A stretch of 64,000 bases of DNA from Octopus vulgaris (GCA_951406725.2 OX597820.1:12462001-12526000), one strand, 5' to 3'; shown: positions 13,645 to 29,271, counted from the first letter of the stretch. Numbers and translations: made by a program. The notes: generated by a model not told the origin, from the sequence alone.

Positions 13645-15959
13645 TACATGTATACTTGTGTGTAAGCAGAGGAAGAGAGAGAATTGTTAAATTGGAAGTA
13701 GGAAATTAATATAAAACCGATTTAGGAGGTAACTATTTACTTATAGAGAAATCTGAATATTGCCTTAACATGAACAATTACACCATGAAGTCATTACTGT
13801 ATATTACATATTCAGAGTTAAATAATGAATTCTGAAATTAGATTATCTAATAACTACAACTAATTGTTATAGGTCTAACAAGTATTTTATTTTGTTACCT
13901 GAATTAACGTTTCTTTTATTGCATTATTATTTATATTCAGTCTGTTTTATTCATTGTACTGCCAGAAAAAAAAAGAGATAACTTGAGAAAATTTATTGGC
14001 TCTCTCAGACTGTTAGAAGAAGAAACGTTCGAAAAATCTTTAGTGTTAAAGTATTAATACTCCTCTTATGCATGCTTGTCTTTGTAGTAGAAGGTTAAGC
14101 TTTTGGTCTAGTACAGTTAATTGGTATTATGAAGGGAGAGGGTTCAGCTAGATAGAAACAGATCTGTGGAAAACAAACACCACTCTATAGGTGCTGATGT
14201 GCAACGTCAAAGCAGAAGACTTCCAGTGGCATTCATCTACCTGTACTTGTCGACCTTTTGACTATTGCCTCTGACCTTATGAAGAAATTGCGATGGTATT
14301 GCTGCTGGTGCCTTGGTTTATTGAGCAACCTGCAAGATTAATATACTATAGTGGGCATGGCTTGTATAGAGCCTGTCCCACCCTCGCACTGCTTGTGTAA
14401 CTTTCATTGATTTGGTGGAAGAATTGCCACAAGGCGAGCACAAATCAGGTTGCAGGATTTGTAGCATATCCTTCTTTTGCGTTGCACGTAAAGAGTTGAA
14501 GGATCTCATCAGCCTAGACCATTGGAGTGTCTGTGAATGACTCTTTCGGAGATAGTTCCATGACAAGATAATTATTTCATAGCTAAGAGCTTTGCAGGTG
14601 CTACAACTCGATGTCATATTAGAAGTAAGAACAATAGTGGCTAAGAATCTCAAAATATCGAAATACCATCCCAAACCACGGCCCCATAATCGGATGCAGT
14701 TTAAAGTCACATCAAGGATATGATGAAGAGAGTAACAAAGGGAAGAATTATATCTTGACAATGATTGTATGTTTGTGAAATGCTTTTGCTTAATGAAGTT
14801 ACTTCTGTGTTGTACTCTAACATATTCGCGATTTTAACCACTTCATATCCTTCGGCAGTATACTAAGGTAAAGCAATTACATCAATTATTTTAGCGCATA
14901 GATATTTTACGACTGTTAAGCAGTAGTGGATTCATCCTTCCCTCAGTCTTACGTGTATCTGCCAGAACGAACCTAATCTCCATCTATCAGAAATGTCTCT
15001 TAATTTTTGTGCTGGAAGCATGCAGTCATTAGAAACAATAATTGGTTTCATTATATTCGGTTACTCTAGTATATCGAGTCGGTAGGTATATCTGCTGGAT
15101 AGTATACCAAAACCTTGACTTGAAAACGGAGATGCCTGGCACGTCCAACAATCTAGCTGCAATCATCTGTGTTATATCAGTTCATTCGAACAATAATATC
15201 AATGTAGGCCACTCAGATATAATAATCAAGGACAGATATAATAAACATGACCCTTATGTTGATAACGAAACTGTAGGATGCTGGATCTAAAGAATAAAGT
15301 AGTATAAAAAACAGATCAATCTCTAAACAATATATACCATAAATAGTCATCATTCAATACAATAATAGCTTGCACGGTACATACTCTATGAAATAAGCAT
15401 TAAATATAACAATTTCCAAAACATGATTTACACAATAATCACAAAAGAGTATAACATAACATTTACTCTTACATAATCTATACTCGAGATTATTGCATCT
15501 CACACTGCCATTCGAGAGGGTTACCAATGAAATATTGCAAGTAGCATGGCACATTATCTACACTACAGATAATGCTGGAAAGCATAAAGAAGTGTGGCGA
15601 CGAAACCAAACAGAACTAGTTCACCACACAAGTTGTACATTTATAAAAGACCATAATGTGAAAAGTCAGAATGATTTAGCAGCGCCACGTTGTAGTGTGT
15701 GATAAAATAATCAATTTTCTTCATTAGCTACTGACTGTAGACACAATTCATATAAATAGATCAGTCATTAAAAAAGAATACTTACAAAGACGTGTGTGGA
15801 ATACAAATTATATGAAAACGACTGGAAGTGTCAATGGATAAGGAGACTAGTTTAAAACTTTAAGGAGAAATATCCAAATTATAAAAACGTAATGAATGAA
15901 AGAGTATAATGATGTATTCTCTGTGCCATTTCCTTACAACCATTAAGACAAGATGTGTG

Positions 15960-16900
15960 GAATTTGGAAGTCTGCCTGTTTTTCATTTTAGGTGACCTTT
16001 CTAATTACTCTAGTGAGTCCTAAATGTTTGTTGACGAGTTCTTTGTTCAAGGTCGGCAAGTAGTTCCCAAAGTCTTGATGCAAGTTGAGTTGCACTTTGA
16101 TGATTGCCGATCTTTCCTTCGCTTTTTGTATTCTGATCCCTATCTCCTCCTCGATCTTCACTTCGATTGTATAGAGCTCGATCATGTCAAGTGCCTTCTA
16201 TTACACGTTTTGTTGGTCTCCCAAAAAGCTATGGATTTCGTTTCATTTGATTATGGGATGAATTCCTGCTGACAGAAAATTAGATCCCCTCACCGGAAAT
16301 AGACTCCCCCTCATCAGAGATCGGTTTCTCTTTACAACAGCTTGACACTCTTTCTAAGAAACGGAATCTTTGTCGTATAACGTCTCCATTTCGTAGGTGT
16401 ATTCAGCCACATGCTTCTTTTCATTATCTTTTCCGGAATGTTTTTGCTGTGTAAGTCTGGTGTTCTACTTTGAAGTCCATTCATATGTGAATGTGATAAA
16501 CACGACTGGGAAGGAGATTTACTGGTTGTATACATTTCTCTATTGTTGTTTCATTGTTATCATCATCACCGCAACTTGTGGCTGGAAAAAGGAGTTCTTT
16601 GGTCTCTTAGCTTTAGGCAATGAGTGCAATGCAATCATTTTTACGACTTCTCCGATTTTGTGTCTGATGCTGCCTTTTAAAATGATGCCTTCTTAGGTTA
16701 AGACATGTTTGATATTTGCTGTTGATGTTTTGTCCATACAAACATTTTCCGCAGAAAACCCTCATAGCTACTTGGAATACGAGTTATGTTCTTCAAATAC
16801 GACGCAAAAACTTTTTACTTACTGGGTGTTTAGTTTAATCAGAGAACAAATTCCGTTGTTCACTGTTGGGATGTAGCCTCTGAGTACCGAGGAGAAATTG
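15960..16900 (-). mobile_element. Highly decayed RTE-like LINE fragment
   Basis: IEEEIGIRIQKA resembles the RTE post-RT motif IDxEIxxRIxKA; the remainder is degenerate. Confidence 0.4.
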
Positions 16901-19280
16901 GTTGCTCGTACAACATCTTCAAGGCAGGTGGGTTGATCAACTGTACTCGTCCGATTGATTTAAATTGATCAGAGTCCCCGCCGTAGCCAAGGATAGTGCT
17001 GACTTATCTACGATGTATCGCATAACTTTATGCGTCTCTGACTAAACTATTAACATTATAGTCACCCTACCCTCTTGGCAAGCAAGGATACAAACGTCAG
17101 AGTCAAGAGCATACAACGAATTTCTAGTGTGTGTAACAAAGTACTTGAAACTATTTACAAATAATTCACTGTCGTTTATTCAAGGTCAGAGTGATGTGTT
17201 CGGTAAATCTAGGCAATGCATGACAGATAACTGATGAGTGAAGTAAGATTTTTGCACTCCACTTTCCTTTTTCTGTAATACCGTAAAGTAACTGCGTACA
17301 CCTATGACACTATTTTAGTAATCTCCTCATATTAACGAAAGAGTCAAAGGTGTAAATGGATTGTGGTCCTGTAGTGAGGCTGACTTTGCCTTTCGTCTTT
17401 TGGGTGCTGATAACATAAATACCAGTTGAGCACAAGCAGCGATATGATCAACGTAACTACTCACCCGCACTTCCTGGCTTTGTACCGAACTTTCAAACCA
17501 ATATTAATGAGACAGGAAAGATTTTACATACCCGAAGGCATCCAGTTTTCTATCTGTTATCAACTGTCAGCGGTTTTAAATATCTACTTCTTTTCCAAAA
17601 CTCTTTTGCGTGCTCCTTGTGTCAGTAGTTCTTTGAGTTAGTTTGATCCATTTATTTCCTTCCAAAGACTTAATATGCGTGTGATTTATTTCTATGAACT
17701 CCAATTACTCACTATTGTCTTGTGGAACAACCCGGAATTTGCAGAGTAAAGTGTTGCTGCTGTGGATGTTTTTGTTGCTATGGTCTTTTGTTTTCATAAC
17801 TTTTGCTATTTATATGGTAGTTGTAGCTAGTGTTGCTCTTTTAAATCTTGTTCTTCTTGCCCCTTTCGTTGTTGTGTCTAATGGTACTGCTGACGTTGTT
17901 TGTCTTAGAGCTGTTATAGTTGTTGATGGTCAATGTATTTATATCTTTTGCTAATTTCGGACTTATTTGAGTTTTCGTACTCCGAAGTATTTGAGACTTG
18001 GAGATATATGACTGCATGTTTCTCCTGTCCATTCTTCTGTCCATGTCTATGTTTATGTTAATGTTGTTTTATTTAGAACAGCAATACTATTTGGGAATTC
18101 GCGAATGCCATCATGTTCAGATACAACCAACTCCTAGAAAGCCAAGAAAGGTTCCTGTCTTTTTTTTTTTGAGAAATGTATACGAGGCACATGTACTTCT
18201 TGTGTTTTTCGTTGATCACCATCACTCGGGTTTCATCTTTGTAGGGGCACACATTAATCCCAATCATTTCTGCAACACAAGATCTCTTTTAAGTTTAAGT
18301 GGAAGTGGAGGCTCACTGTAGCAAATGGCCACCTCAGCCGCGTATTTCCTCTCACTAGCTGCTTATCCTAGAACAGCCCTCATTACGTTAAGGCATTGTT
18401 TCCAGTTTGAGCAGGTGTTCGACATTCTAGACCTTATTTTAATAGTCCTATACAATCTATATGTAGCCATTCTTCACTTGGAGCCAGTATATTTTATTTA
18501 TTTTTATCTAGTTTCAGCTCACGAGCTGTGGCCGTGCTGGGGCACCGCCATAGTAGATCTTTTTCTGAAAATATCATTACACCATCCCACGCAATCTCGC
18601 CACAATGTGCTTCTGTACCATAATTTTGAACCTTACTCGAGCATTGTACACATATTGCGAGTTTGAATGAAAGAAAATATGTTTGCCTTTACACTTGTAT
18701 TATTGTTGTTTTTAACGCTTCTGTTGTTGTTGTTGTTGTTGGTAATGTTATCATTGAAGTAAATATTGTTATTGTTTGTACTGTGTTGCTGTTGTTGATG
18801 TTTCTCATATTCGTGCTCCCTTGTTCTCTCTGTACGGTCTTAGACATATTAGCCATGCAATTGTGCCTTCATACTATTTTCCAGGTGGGGAAACGATACT
18901 GTATTGTTTCAAATGCATCAGGTACAGCATCGAAAGTTCCGTTAGCAACTTTCTCGCCAGAAAGTATAAATCTGGCAACACAACCTGTCTGTGTAGTACA
19001 ACATCTGTTGATATCTGCTATTGAACCAGAGACAGATTACTTCCTGTACCAGATACTCTAATTTAAACTGACTAGTTTTAAATTTCTCTCAAAAATGCTT
19101 TAATAAGATATCTACAGGTGTTATACAATTTAGCTCACGTGTAAAAGTGGGGCATAATGTCATCAACATTTGTGAGGTCAACTCTGGATTTCGATAATAA
19201 AGTTTGGATGGCCGAACGTAGCAAAATTCGAGAAATTTACAGAAATTCAATAGCGAAGGCCTGGGGTGGAGTTGGACTAC

Positions 19281-19336
<56 letters not shown>

Positions 19337-19960
19337 GTTGCTGGAAAAATAGGTGGGATTGGCTGATGAAAGGAACACTAAAATTAGAGACCGAGACAAA
19401 TATACTGGCAGCGCAAGACCAAGCTTTGGCTATGAACTGGAGGGTCAAACTTAGGAATAAGCAAGTCTCTCCGCTGTGCAGGATCTGCAAAAGTGTGCAT
19501 GAAACCATTGCCTACATCACGAACAAATACCCTAGACTTGCCGAAAACCACAAAAAGTTGTGGCGACACGATCTGGTTGCGAAAGTGTTCCATTGGTAAC
19601 TGCGGAAAGCGGGGGCTAAAGAGAAAGGCAAGAAGTGGTATGAGCACCATCCGCGGAGTTGGAATCTAGCAAAATCCTCTGGGACTTCTCAATCCAAACA
19701 GATCAGATGCTAAAGCATAACAGAACGTCAGACCGTACGTAGTAGTGGTGGATAAGATGCACCACATATGCTATATAGTTGATGTTGCATGCCCCTTTGA
19801 CCACGAATAGTGTTCTTGGGAACCGTATCAGAAGGTATCAGGGGAAATATAGAGAATTGTTACTAAAGTTTTGCCTCCTACAGAAAAGTATTAGATACTT
19901 GAAAAGAATGGATAACATGGTACCGTAGGTTGCAGGCAACATGTAAGACTCTAGAAGCTC
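19337..19960 (+). mobile_element. R4/Dong-like LINE 3' fragment (zinc knuckle and restriction-like endonuclease) next to (AAT)n
   Basis: LKLETETNILAAQDQAL...LCRICKSVHETIAYI...RHDLVAKVFHW, then KILWDFSIQTD and IVDVACPFD. Confidence 0.85.
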
Positions 19961-20629
19961 CAACAAAACATGTTACAAAATAATAATGATAATAATAGTT
20001 ACAAATTTTGGCAAAAAAATTCCGAGAGAGCTGTAAGACTTTGATGAAACATCCTCTTGAGAAATGGAAATATATTGCGTAAAAATGGTTCGGTCTTATT
20101 TGACCTCTACAGTGAAGACAAAATCTATTAATTGATATAGAAATAAAGGGAAAGTCGTCACAATGGAGATGTTAACATTTTTCAACTACAAATTATCACT
20201 GAGAAATGTTTACGTATAGGCCATACGTAAACAATGTAAAACTGGATATTTTATTTCTGTCTTTAATGGAAAAGAGCAACTACTACAATCCATTCCTGTC
20301 GATATTCGAAAACCAAAATTCGATTATTTAAGTTATGCCATTACTTAACATATCTATGAAGAATATAGAAGTTCGAAATATGGTGTTTCAAACTTTAGAA
20401 ATACAATAACATTGAGTTTTAGAACTTACGTTGGTTTGCTCGATCAAGGCTGATATGGATCTCAGTTATAATGACAACAACTATGTAATTAGTAAATGAA
20501 TTTATTGGAATTAATCAGCATTTCTAACTCAATTGCTACATTAATTTCCTTAAATGATTTACATGAATTTCATTCTATTTCATTTGAGGATTTCAGTCAT
20601 AAAATCTCGTAATTTTAGTGTTTCTCTAG

Positions 20630-20667
20630 GAAATATCGAAGTCGAAACAGTAAAAACAGTAAATTGA
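20630..20667 (+). CDS. Candidate terminal coding exon of the Hv gene
   Basis: gtttctctag| then phase-1 GNIEVETVKTVN* followed by AT-rich non-repetitive sequence with AATAAA near 21110. Speculative. Confidence 0.22.
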
Positions 20668-21184
20668 AATTTGATGAGGGCATATGACGTTATTTCACAG
20701 TCCATTTTCTGTTTTTAATGTTATTTAAGCTATTTCATCTTTATCAGTAAACAACACTTTGTAGGGGAACATAAATTAAAAGCTGATTACTCTACTGTAT
20801 TCATTTCTGATTTTCGGATCTTTTAGTATATTTTTGTGAAGATATAACGCTATTTTTTTTTTTACGACAGAAACTTTAATAGCATTATCAAACGTTTGGT
20901 TGTTATATATTTATTTCAGTCAAGTCTATAAACAAGGGATTGGTTCCTGCGATACAAAGTACTCTCAGTGGAAAATTTCAAAAAAAGAAAAAAGAAAAAA
21001 AAGAAGGTTTTCTATGTTTCTCATATTTCGCTTATTAATCAATTTATAGAATAACTGTTAACTATCGCAATTGCCTAAGATCTGCAAGTCTTCTAAAGTT
21101 TAGAAAAATAATAAAGTCCACCAATATCTACCTGTACAAATATAGGTTTATAATTGGAGTACAAAAAGCAATCATAATATTATT

Positions 21185-21568
21185 CTTTTCTACTCTAGGC
21201 ACAAAGCCCGATTTTGGGGGAAGGGGACAGTCGATTAGATCGACCCCAGTACGCAACTGGTACTTAATTTATTGACCCCGAAAGGATGAAAGACAAAGTT
21301 GACCTCGGCGTAATTTGAGCTCTCAATGTAAAAATAGACGAAATACCTATTTCCTTATTACCTACAAGGGGCTAAACACAGAGGAGACAAACAAGGACAG
21401 ACAAACGGATTGAGCCGATTACATCGACCCCAGTGCGTAACTGGTATTTAATTTTAAAGGATGGAAGGCAAAGTCGACCTCGGTGGAATTTGAACTCAGA
21501 ACGTAAAGACAGACGAAATACCGCTAAGCATTCCGCCCAGCGTACTAAAGTTTCTGCCAGCTCGCCGC
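21185..21568 (-). mobile_element. tRNA-derived SINE (family A), partly duplicated body
   Basis: Reverse strand begins ggcgagctggcagaa with a B-box-like gagttcaaattcc. The body gtcgactttgccttccatcc...ggggtcgat occurs twice and recurs at 51724 and 55865. Confidence 0.8.
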
Positions 21569-21789
21569 TTCGCAGTCATGAAACTTTTACCCATAGATGT
21601 TCGTATTCCTTTTTTATATTGTCAAATCATTAATTTCTCTACATACCACCAGGTAGATTTTTCAATGCAACATTAGAGAAATCATATATATTGTTATGTA
21701 GCAACGGCAATTGTCTAATTATCATCGATCTACTTCTTTATCAATGATGATAATTTTCTCAGGTTTACGCAGTACTCAATCAAGCTTCC

Positions 21790-22300
21790 TTTTTATCGGA
21801 ATTCAAATTATTCCCTTTCAAGGTGTTATAAAATTTGACCTGTCCAATTCCAGGATCTGACAGGATATAATCATCCCTGATTATATTTTCAGAAGTCCAT
21901 ACTCACCTCAGAAGATATTGATTTCATCATGTTGGACCTTTCATTGGTGGTATTTGTAATTGCGCCGCTTCCTTGTCGGCTGATGTTTAAATCACTTTAT
22001 ACGTCAATCACAGTATCTCAGAAAAGACGTAATATTTCTCCTGCATCTTTCTCGACACAAAATATTTAGTCAGTACCACTATTACTGTAGGAATATCAAA
22101 TCAGTTTTAATTTTCATCGTTTTCATTAACAATGACAGCTATCGTCTTTAGCTTGGTATTTACACACGTGATGTAATCAAATGCTGAGTGGATGTTTTCG
22201 CTACTCTATCGTCAATCCTATCCTTATTGGACTACTTACCTTACTTCATTACACGATTTTTCTGATTCCCGGAGTCAAGAGTTCGAACCTGAGCTGCAAT
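21790..22300 (-). mobile_element. Decayed R4/Dong-like LINE fragment
   Basis: Minus strand reads FIAAQVRTL (compare AAQDQxL), followed by a degraded zinc-knuckle region. Confidence 0.45.
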
Positions 22301-23198
22301 GAAGAAACTTTTCGTCTCAGTCTCATATTCCAGCATTTCCCATCCAAATTTTCTACTTTCCTTTGTTTATTTCATCACGGTTTAATTTTTAGAACCGTAT
22401 CGCTCCACTCCGACACGATTTCCAGGAGATAGGAAGCGAACCAAGAATTTCCCCTAGTCATAACTGTCGAATACAATGATAAGAGCCTGCAGTAAAAGTA
22501 AGAACAGCAAAATCTAAGCCATAAACATGTATATATATTTAGAAACTTATCGCCCCGTTTATTAATCATAATTAGGACCAGAAGACCGAAGGAGATAGGA
22601 AGACATTTTAAAACCAAAAAACTGAAATATCACCACCAAGAAATGAAGAGAAGCGATAAATCACAGAAGAAATAGTGGAACACAACATCTCCCTTGAGAC
22701 ATTCACTACTATGGAAGAACACATTTATGAAGGAGAACTCATTCTGCGTGAGGAGAAATTCTTTTTTCTAAATGAAATCAAATATACACCCCATCATAAG
22801 ACCAGCATGGATAAAACAGAAGATCTGTTAGTTTCAGAATGACGAAATCCCCAAACCTGTCTAGTGACTTGTTGTTTGGTAGTACCTGAGGAGTGAGAGA
22901 TACTGTGGTTGTTTGTTTTCGAAGTAAAAATATATTCCATATACGTTTTTGGTCTTCCTTTATACCGGAGTGTGTCTAACTACATCTGAACTACCACGAA
23001 CTTTTTCTTTCCCTAGTCCTCCTAACTCCATGCAATATATATTCCTGTGTATGTTGTGATTTGTACAGTTAATCTTTCAAAATACACTATTTGACTGGAC
23101 TTGTATCGTCTCCAAAATATGGCTATATAAGAAAATATATGTGTGTGCGCGTGCGCGTGCGTGTGTGTATACGCGCGTGTGTATGCGAGTGAGTACGT

Positions 23199-23242
<44 letters not shown>

Positions 23243-23415
23243 CATAGGCATATATTTATACATATATTCATACATTCATACATGGCCATATCCACTCAAA
23301 CACGCATGTGCGTTCACGTGTGGATGCGTGCATGTTATTTTGAAATTCATTCTCTGTATATTTTTAAACGAATTCGTAATTATATTTATGTACGATTTCA
23401 GATAGCTCATGTATG

Positions 23416-23496
<81 letters not shown>

Positions 23497-24403
23497 TAAT
23501 ATATATGTATATGTAGATATATAGTCATATACAATGCATACATATATTATAGATACAGATATCTATATACATACATACAGATATATACACAATCATATAT
23601 ATGCATATATACATAAGTACATATATAAATATATATCATCATTTATCATATATACATCAGATATAAGTCATAGAATTCCCAAGACTAGACACCAATGTCT
23701 AAGCGTAATCTAAGCCTAATGAAGTTTACTATGAAGAAAATAAAAACAACCAATACGAATATAAGTGGTCGTTAGCGATTAAAAATCCACAAAGTTTCTA
23801 CTTAACAAGTATGAAGGACAACGTAGAATAATCGAAGTCAATTGAACTGCGCGATGTAAATCGAAGTACTGGGTATTCTGCAGAAGGAATATGATGAGCA
23901 ACAGCAAATATGATGCAAGTTAATCGAATAAGATTAACTTTTGAAATTATGATACAAAACTTATTGAAAATTTGAGGAGAAAGGAATTAAATATTCTCCA
24001 TAATTAACGTGTAATTAGGAAGTTTCATTGTTTTTCTGTAGTAATGAGGACATGCTTACTCAGAATTCTACTTCAAAAGGCATTTTCAGCAAACGTATTT
24101 CAAATGTGATTCCAACATTCAAATGTGACTCCCGAATTAAAGAAACAGATTAAATAAATATTTATGCTCTTCGGTAATTACACAAACAAAATGATAATGT
24201 CTCAAGAGTATATATTTCGGCTCGATACGTACATTATGGATAAATATACATGAACTAGGACCTCAAATTTGTAAGAATGTATATTAGATCTGTACAAGAT
24301 TATTTGTATTTTTTCATATACATGTATATACATGTATACATACATACATACATACATACAGACAGACAGACACACACACACATACACACACACGCACACA
24401 CAA

Positions 24404-24466
<63 letters not shown>

Positions 24467-24893
24467 CATATATATATACACGTATAATATATGTGTACAT
24501 ATATTTGCACGTTGGTATGTACGTGTGTGTGATGTATAATATGTGCGTATGCGGTAATATAGATACAACATAGAATACAAAACAGAATTGATCGCAGGCG
24601 TATATTGGCATGTTAACGGCAATTTGCTTCGAACTTACTTTTTTCAGATCTCCTAATAGCTTTTCTTCTTTATTCAAATGTTTTATATTTTCAGGGTTTA
24701 ATAAAGTCCAAAAACCGTACAATTACGGTCCGACAATGATAACTCAATTTATTTTTCTTATACTATACACTAACATATGTGTGTGTGTGTGTGTGTGTGT
24801 AAGTGTATGTGAATGTACGTGTGTGTAAGTGAGTATGTGTGTGAGAGAGCGTGTAGGCACATGTGCCCGTGTCCGGCGTGTATCTCTATAGAA

Positions 24894-24930
<37 letters not shown>

Positions 24931-25057
24931 TCAAAACGATGCACGCATAGACATACACACACACTAAGAGATACTAATACACAGACACGTATATCAGGGA
25001 TAAATATACATTCATTTAGTATCTACGAATATTAAAATCTTTTTACACAAAGCTGCA

Positions 25058-25090
<33 letters not shown>

Positions 25091-25295
25091 ACGGGAAGCT
25101 TTATGAAAATAAACAAAAGACGAAGGCAGGTGAAATATAAACAAACAATTGTATTAGTATGGCGTTCAGGAATATAAATAAAACAAGTCTTTTACGTTTC
25201 GAGCCTACGCTCTTCAACAGAAAGATACACAGAAAAGAAACACAGAAAGAAACAAGGAGAGAAAAAAAATGCGTGCAGAAGCTAGCGAATCAACA
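25091..25295 (-). mobile_element. (TA)n-abutting short element with a variant hammerhead-like motif (Penelope pLTR-like)
   Basis: Minus strand: TCTTT-CTGTTGA-A-GAGC GTAG GCTC-GAAACGTA-AAAGA at 25188-25225. A homologous copy lies at about 63380-63565 on the + strand. Confidence 0.6.
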
Positions 25296-25362
25296 TATGT
25301 CTGTGTGTCTCTATGTATGCATGTATGTATAAAGAGTTTGAAGTGGTGTACAGATATTGTAT

Positions 25363-25535
25363 ACTGAGAAAAGGGATGCAGTCAGAATTCTGGTCAATTC
25401 TTTATCAGCGCTTTCCTTGTTCTTTTATTTTGGGGGAGGGTGAAAAGTGGGGTTTAATTTTGTCTTGACGTGTTCGATAAAGGAACGGAAGCGCTAACAA
25501 AGAATTATCCAGATATGTGACTGCATCCTTTTTCT

Positions 25536-25540
<5 letters not shown>
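25363..25540. repeat. Imperfect inverted repeat (~50-bp arms) beside (TA)n
   Basis: tgagaaaagggatgcagtca...cagcgctt is mirrored by aagcgcta...tgactgcatcctttttctca. Confidence 0.75.
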
Positions 25541-25584
<44 letters not shown>

Positions 25585-26479
25585 TATATTATATACATAT
25601 ATATGTTTGTTTGTGCGTACATGTCTGTGTGTGAGTATGTGTGTGCGTGTAAAATTATATTTGTGAGCGGTATAATTTTAAACAGCCGATGGCTATTTTA
25701 TTTGATCTCATCAATAATAATAATAATAATAATTAAAATTATTATTAAAACTATATAAATTTTCCACTTTTCTTTTTATTTATTTTATTTTTATTTTATC
25801 ATCATTTCCATTTATTCCTTTTTCTTATTTTTATTTGCTTTTTGCATGTTCTCTCTATGGATTATCTTTCTTTTTTAATTTAAATTTATACAAAAATTAA
25901 TGACAAATTTATTCATCTGTTCTTCTAGGAGAAGTTGCGAGTTTAGCTGCCGGATTTTCTACATGCTATTTGCCAATTCTGGCCACAACTCAAGTTGGAG
26001 GTATTCTCCGAATGTACTTTCTTTACCTGCCCCAACTCACTCTTTTCAATTTTTAACATTTTTATATGCATATCAATATATATATATATTATTATATATA
26101 TTATATATATATATATATAATTATTATATAATATATATATATATATATATATTATATAATAATAATATATATATAATTATTATATCATAATATATTATTA
26201 TATATATTATATATATATATATATATTAATGTATTTATATATATATATATATATTTTCATTTTCCACCTAACATGTTTAGTTCTTACCCTCCCTCCCCTC
26301 CACTATTTTCATTTTTATACGCCTTCTTGTCTGTCGTACTTTTAGTCTTATTTTATTTTCCATATAGTTGAGGCTAACATCATATTAGGTACCGTTATTT
26401 AATATACGTTCAAAATTGGTCGGGAATATTGCAGAAAACTAATTTTAAATTCTGCCTCTTCAATTCTCTTCATTGTTCT

Positions 26480-26554
<75 letters not shown>

Positions 26555-27469
26555 TGTATTAGAAATATGACTGTGGTCAAAATTTGTATAGGTTTTAGGT
26601 TGTCTCATATTTTTTTGTATGAGATCCTTGCAGTTAGTTTGGACCAATAAGATTTCTTACTTTCAGACGTTGATGAACTAAATTTTAGAATAATATTCAG
26701 AGCATACAAACAGAAAGATAAAAAAAGGAAACACTATTTTAAACAGAGAATTAACAACCATACAATGATTGAAACCTCTGCCTTAATAAAAATCCTATAT
26801 GAGTTAACCATTGTATGGTGCCAGTACTTACCGACGCGAAACATAACATAATTGAATGTGTGACAAAACGTTTACGAAAGATTTTGGATCTTATGGTTTC
26901 AAAGTAACTGCATGGAATACATAGGAAAATATCAGCAAGTATCAATTCAAAATGATACAGTTACACCACAGGTGTGTATTTTCTACACCGACTTAATTAA
27001 AAACTTCTTCCTCCAAACAAACACACACATACAAACATACACATTTATGTATATATATGAAAATAAAAATGCGAAAGATATAACACATATATGAATATAC
27101 ATATATGTGTGTGTATACATATATATGTATATACATGTATATATATACCTATATATATATGCATATACAGACATATATATATATATATACGTGTCATATA
27201 TATATATACCATATATATGTATGCATGTATGCATACATGCATATATATATATATGTATTCGAGAGTATAAGTACAGTAACGTAACTTAATAGTTCTATAT
27301 AATATTAGTTAGCAACCACCCTGTTCGTCTCAAATATAATAATATGTGGATTTTCGCAAATGTTTCTTTTATGTAATTTACTATATTTCCACCCGTGCAC
27401 TTGTTCAGAATAAGTACGTCATTATTGAAATTTATTCCAACATAGAGAACACTTGATAAATATAGCAAC

Positions 27470-28290
<821 letters not shown>

Positions 28291-28329
28291 GCATAACAGA
28301 TTAGACTGTTGGAAAAAATTCCTAACATC

Positions 28330-28930
28330 GTGCTACAACAAGTAACCTTTCTAAATATCCTGGCTGTCCTTAATAATAATGTTTTCTGAAGAGCTGCACT
28401 AAAATAGGTTTTATGCCTCTTTCCTCAAACCTTATTTTTCTCTATACCTCTCATACTGAGTTAATTATTATTTGGGATTCTAAAGTTAATTACCTGGCAC
28501 TTTTTTATTATTTTTGTCTAGTAATACTACTAAATCAAGTCTTCAGGCTTCTATTACTCTGTCAGTGTGAATGTTAAAATCTACAACACACACGTTTAAC
28601 TTTTTAGCACTTTTCTAGATTCATGTTCATACCTCTAATCAGAATGGGCAACCCCTGGCTTTCTACATTACTCCTGGTGGATTATTCTACCGAGGTTGTC
28701 ATGTCGTTTGTTGTATTCTTTCTGTGCCAGCATACTAGATTCAAGAACTTCATGAGTAACACTATAATCCATTAATTTACATTGAGAATCTATCCGATGT
28801 TTGCCTGTCTTAGCTTTTATCCATTTACTCTAGCAGCTCGTAATAGAATTTCTGCACTCTTACCAACGCAAGACGCTATGTCTACTCACGCTAGCTCCAC
28901 ACAGTCGCTACTCCTACTCTAGGATGAACT
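28330..28930 (-). mobile_element. Decayed R4/Dong-like LINE 3' fragment ending in (AAT)n
   Basis: Minus strand reads MLAQKEYNKRHDNL, and the LLRTARIFRKV-like terminus abuts (ATT)n. Confidence 0.6.
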
Positions 28931-29271
28931 CCTCCATTCATTTTGAATACCTCCCTAGTTCTGTCTAGATTTGCAAATTCAGATTTTGTTCAGTTTACAA
29001 AAATTGCCGAATATCTAAGTAACGAAAATGTCCGAGAATTTATAGCCTTCAATAGATTCGGGCCATTTACCTTTCTCTTTGTTAAGTCCTCATCCTTCTG
29101 ATGTACAGTTTCGCAACTTTCTCTTAACTTTCTGCAGTCTGTACTCTGTCAGATTCTAATGTATTTAGATACATATAACTTTCTCATTCTTTCAATGATT
29201 TTAATTTCTGGGCAATTTTTTGCAAGTCGACAACGCGAGTTTCAATTCCAATTGCTTTCAAAATTTTAGGT

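Noticed and set aside
14318-14761. 147-aa minus-strand ORF
   Set aside because: No recognisable domain or splice structure; possibly a decayed transposon but unsupported.
17228-17270. CTGATGA-GTG...CAC as a hammerhead
   Set aside because: No GAAA or cleavage triplet follows stem II.
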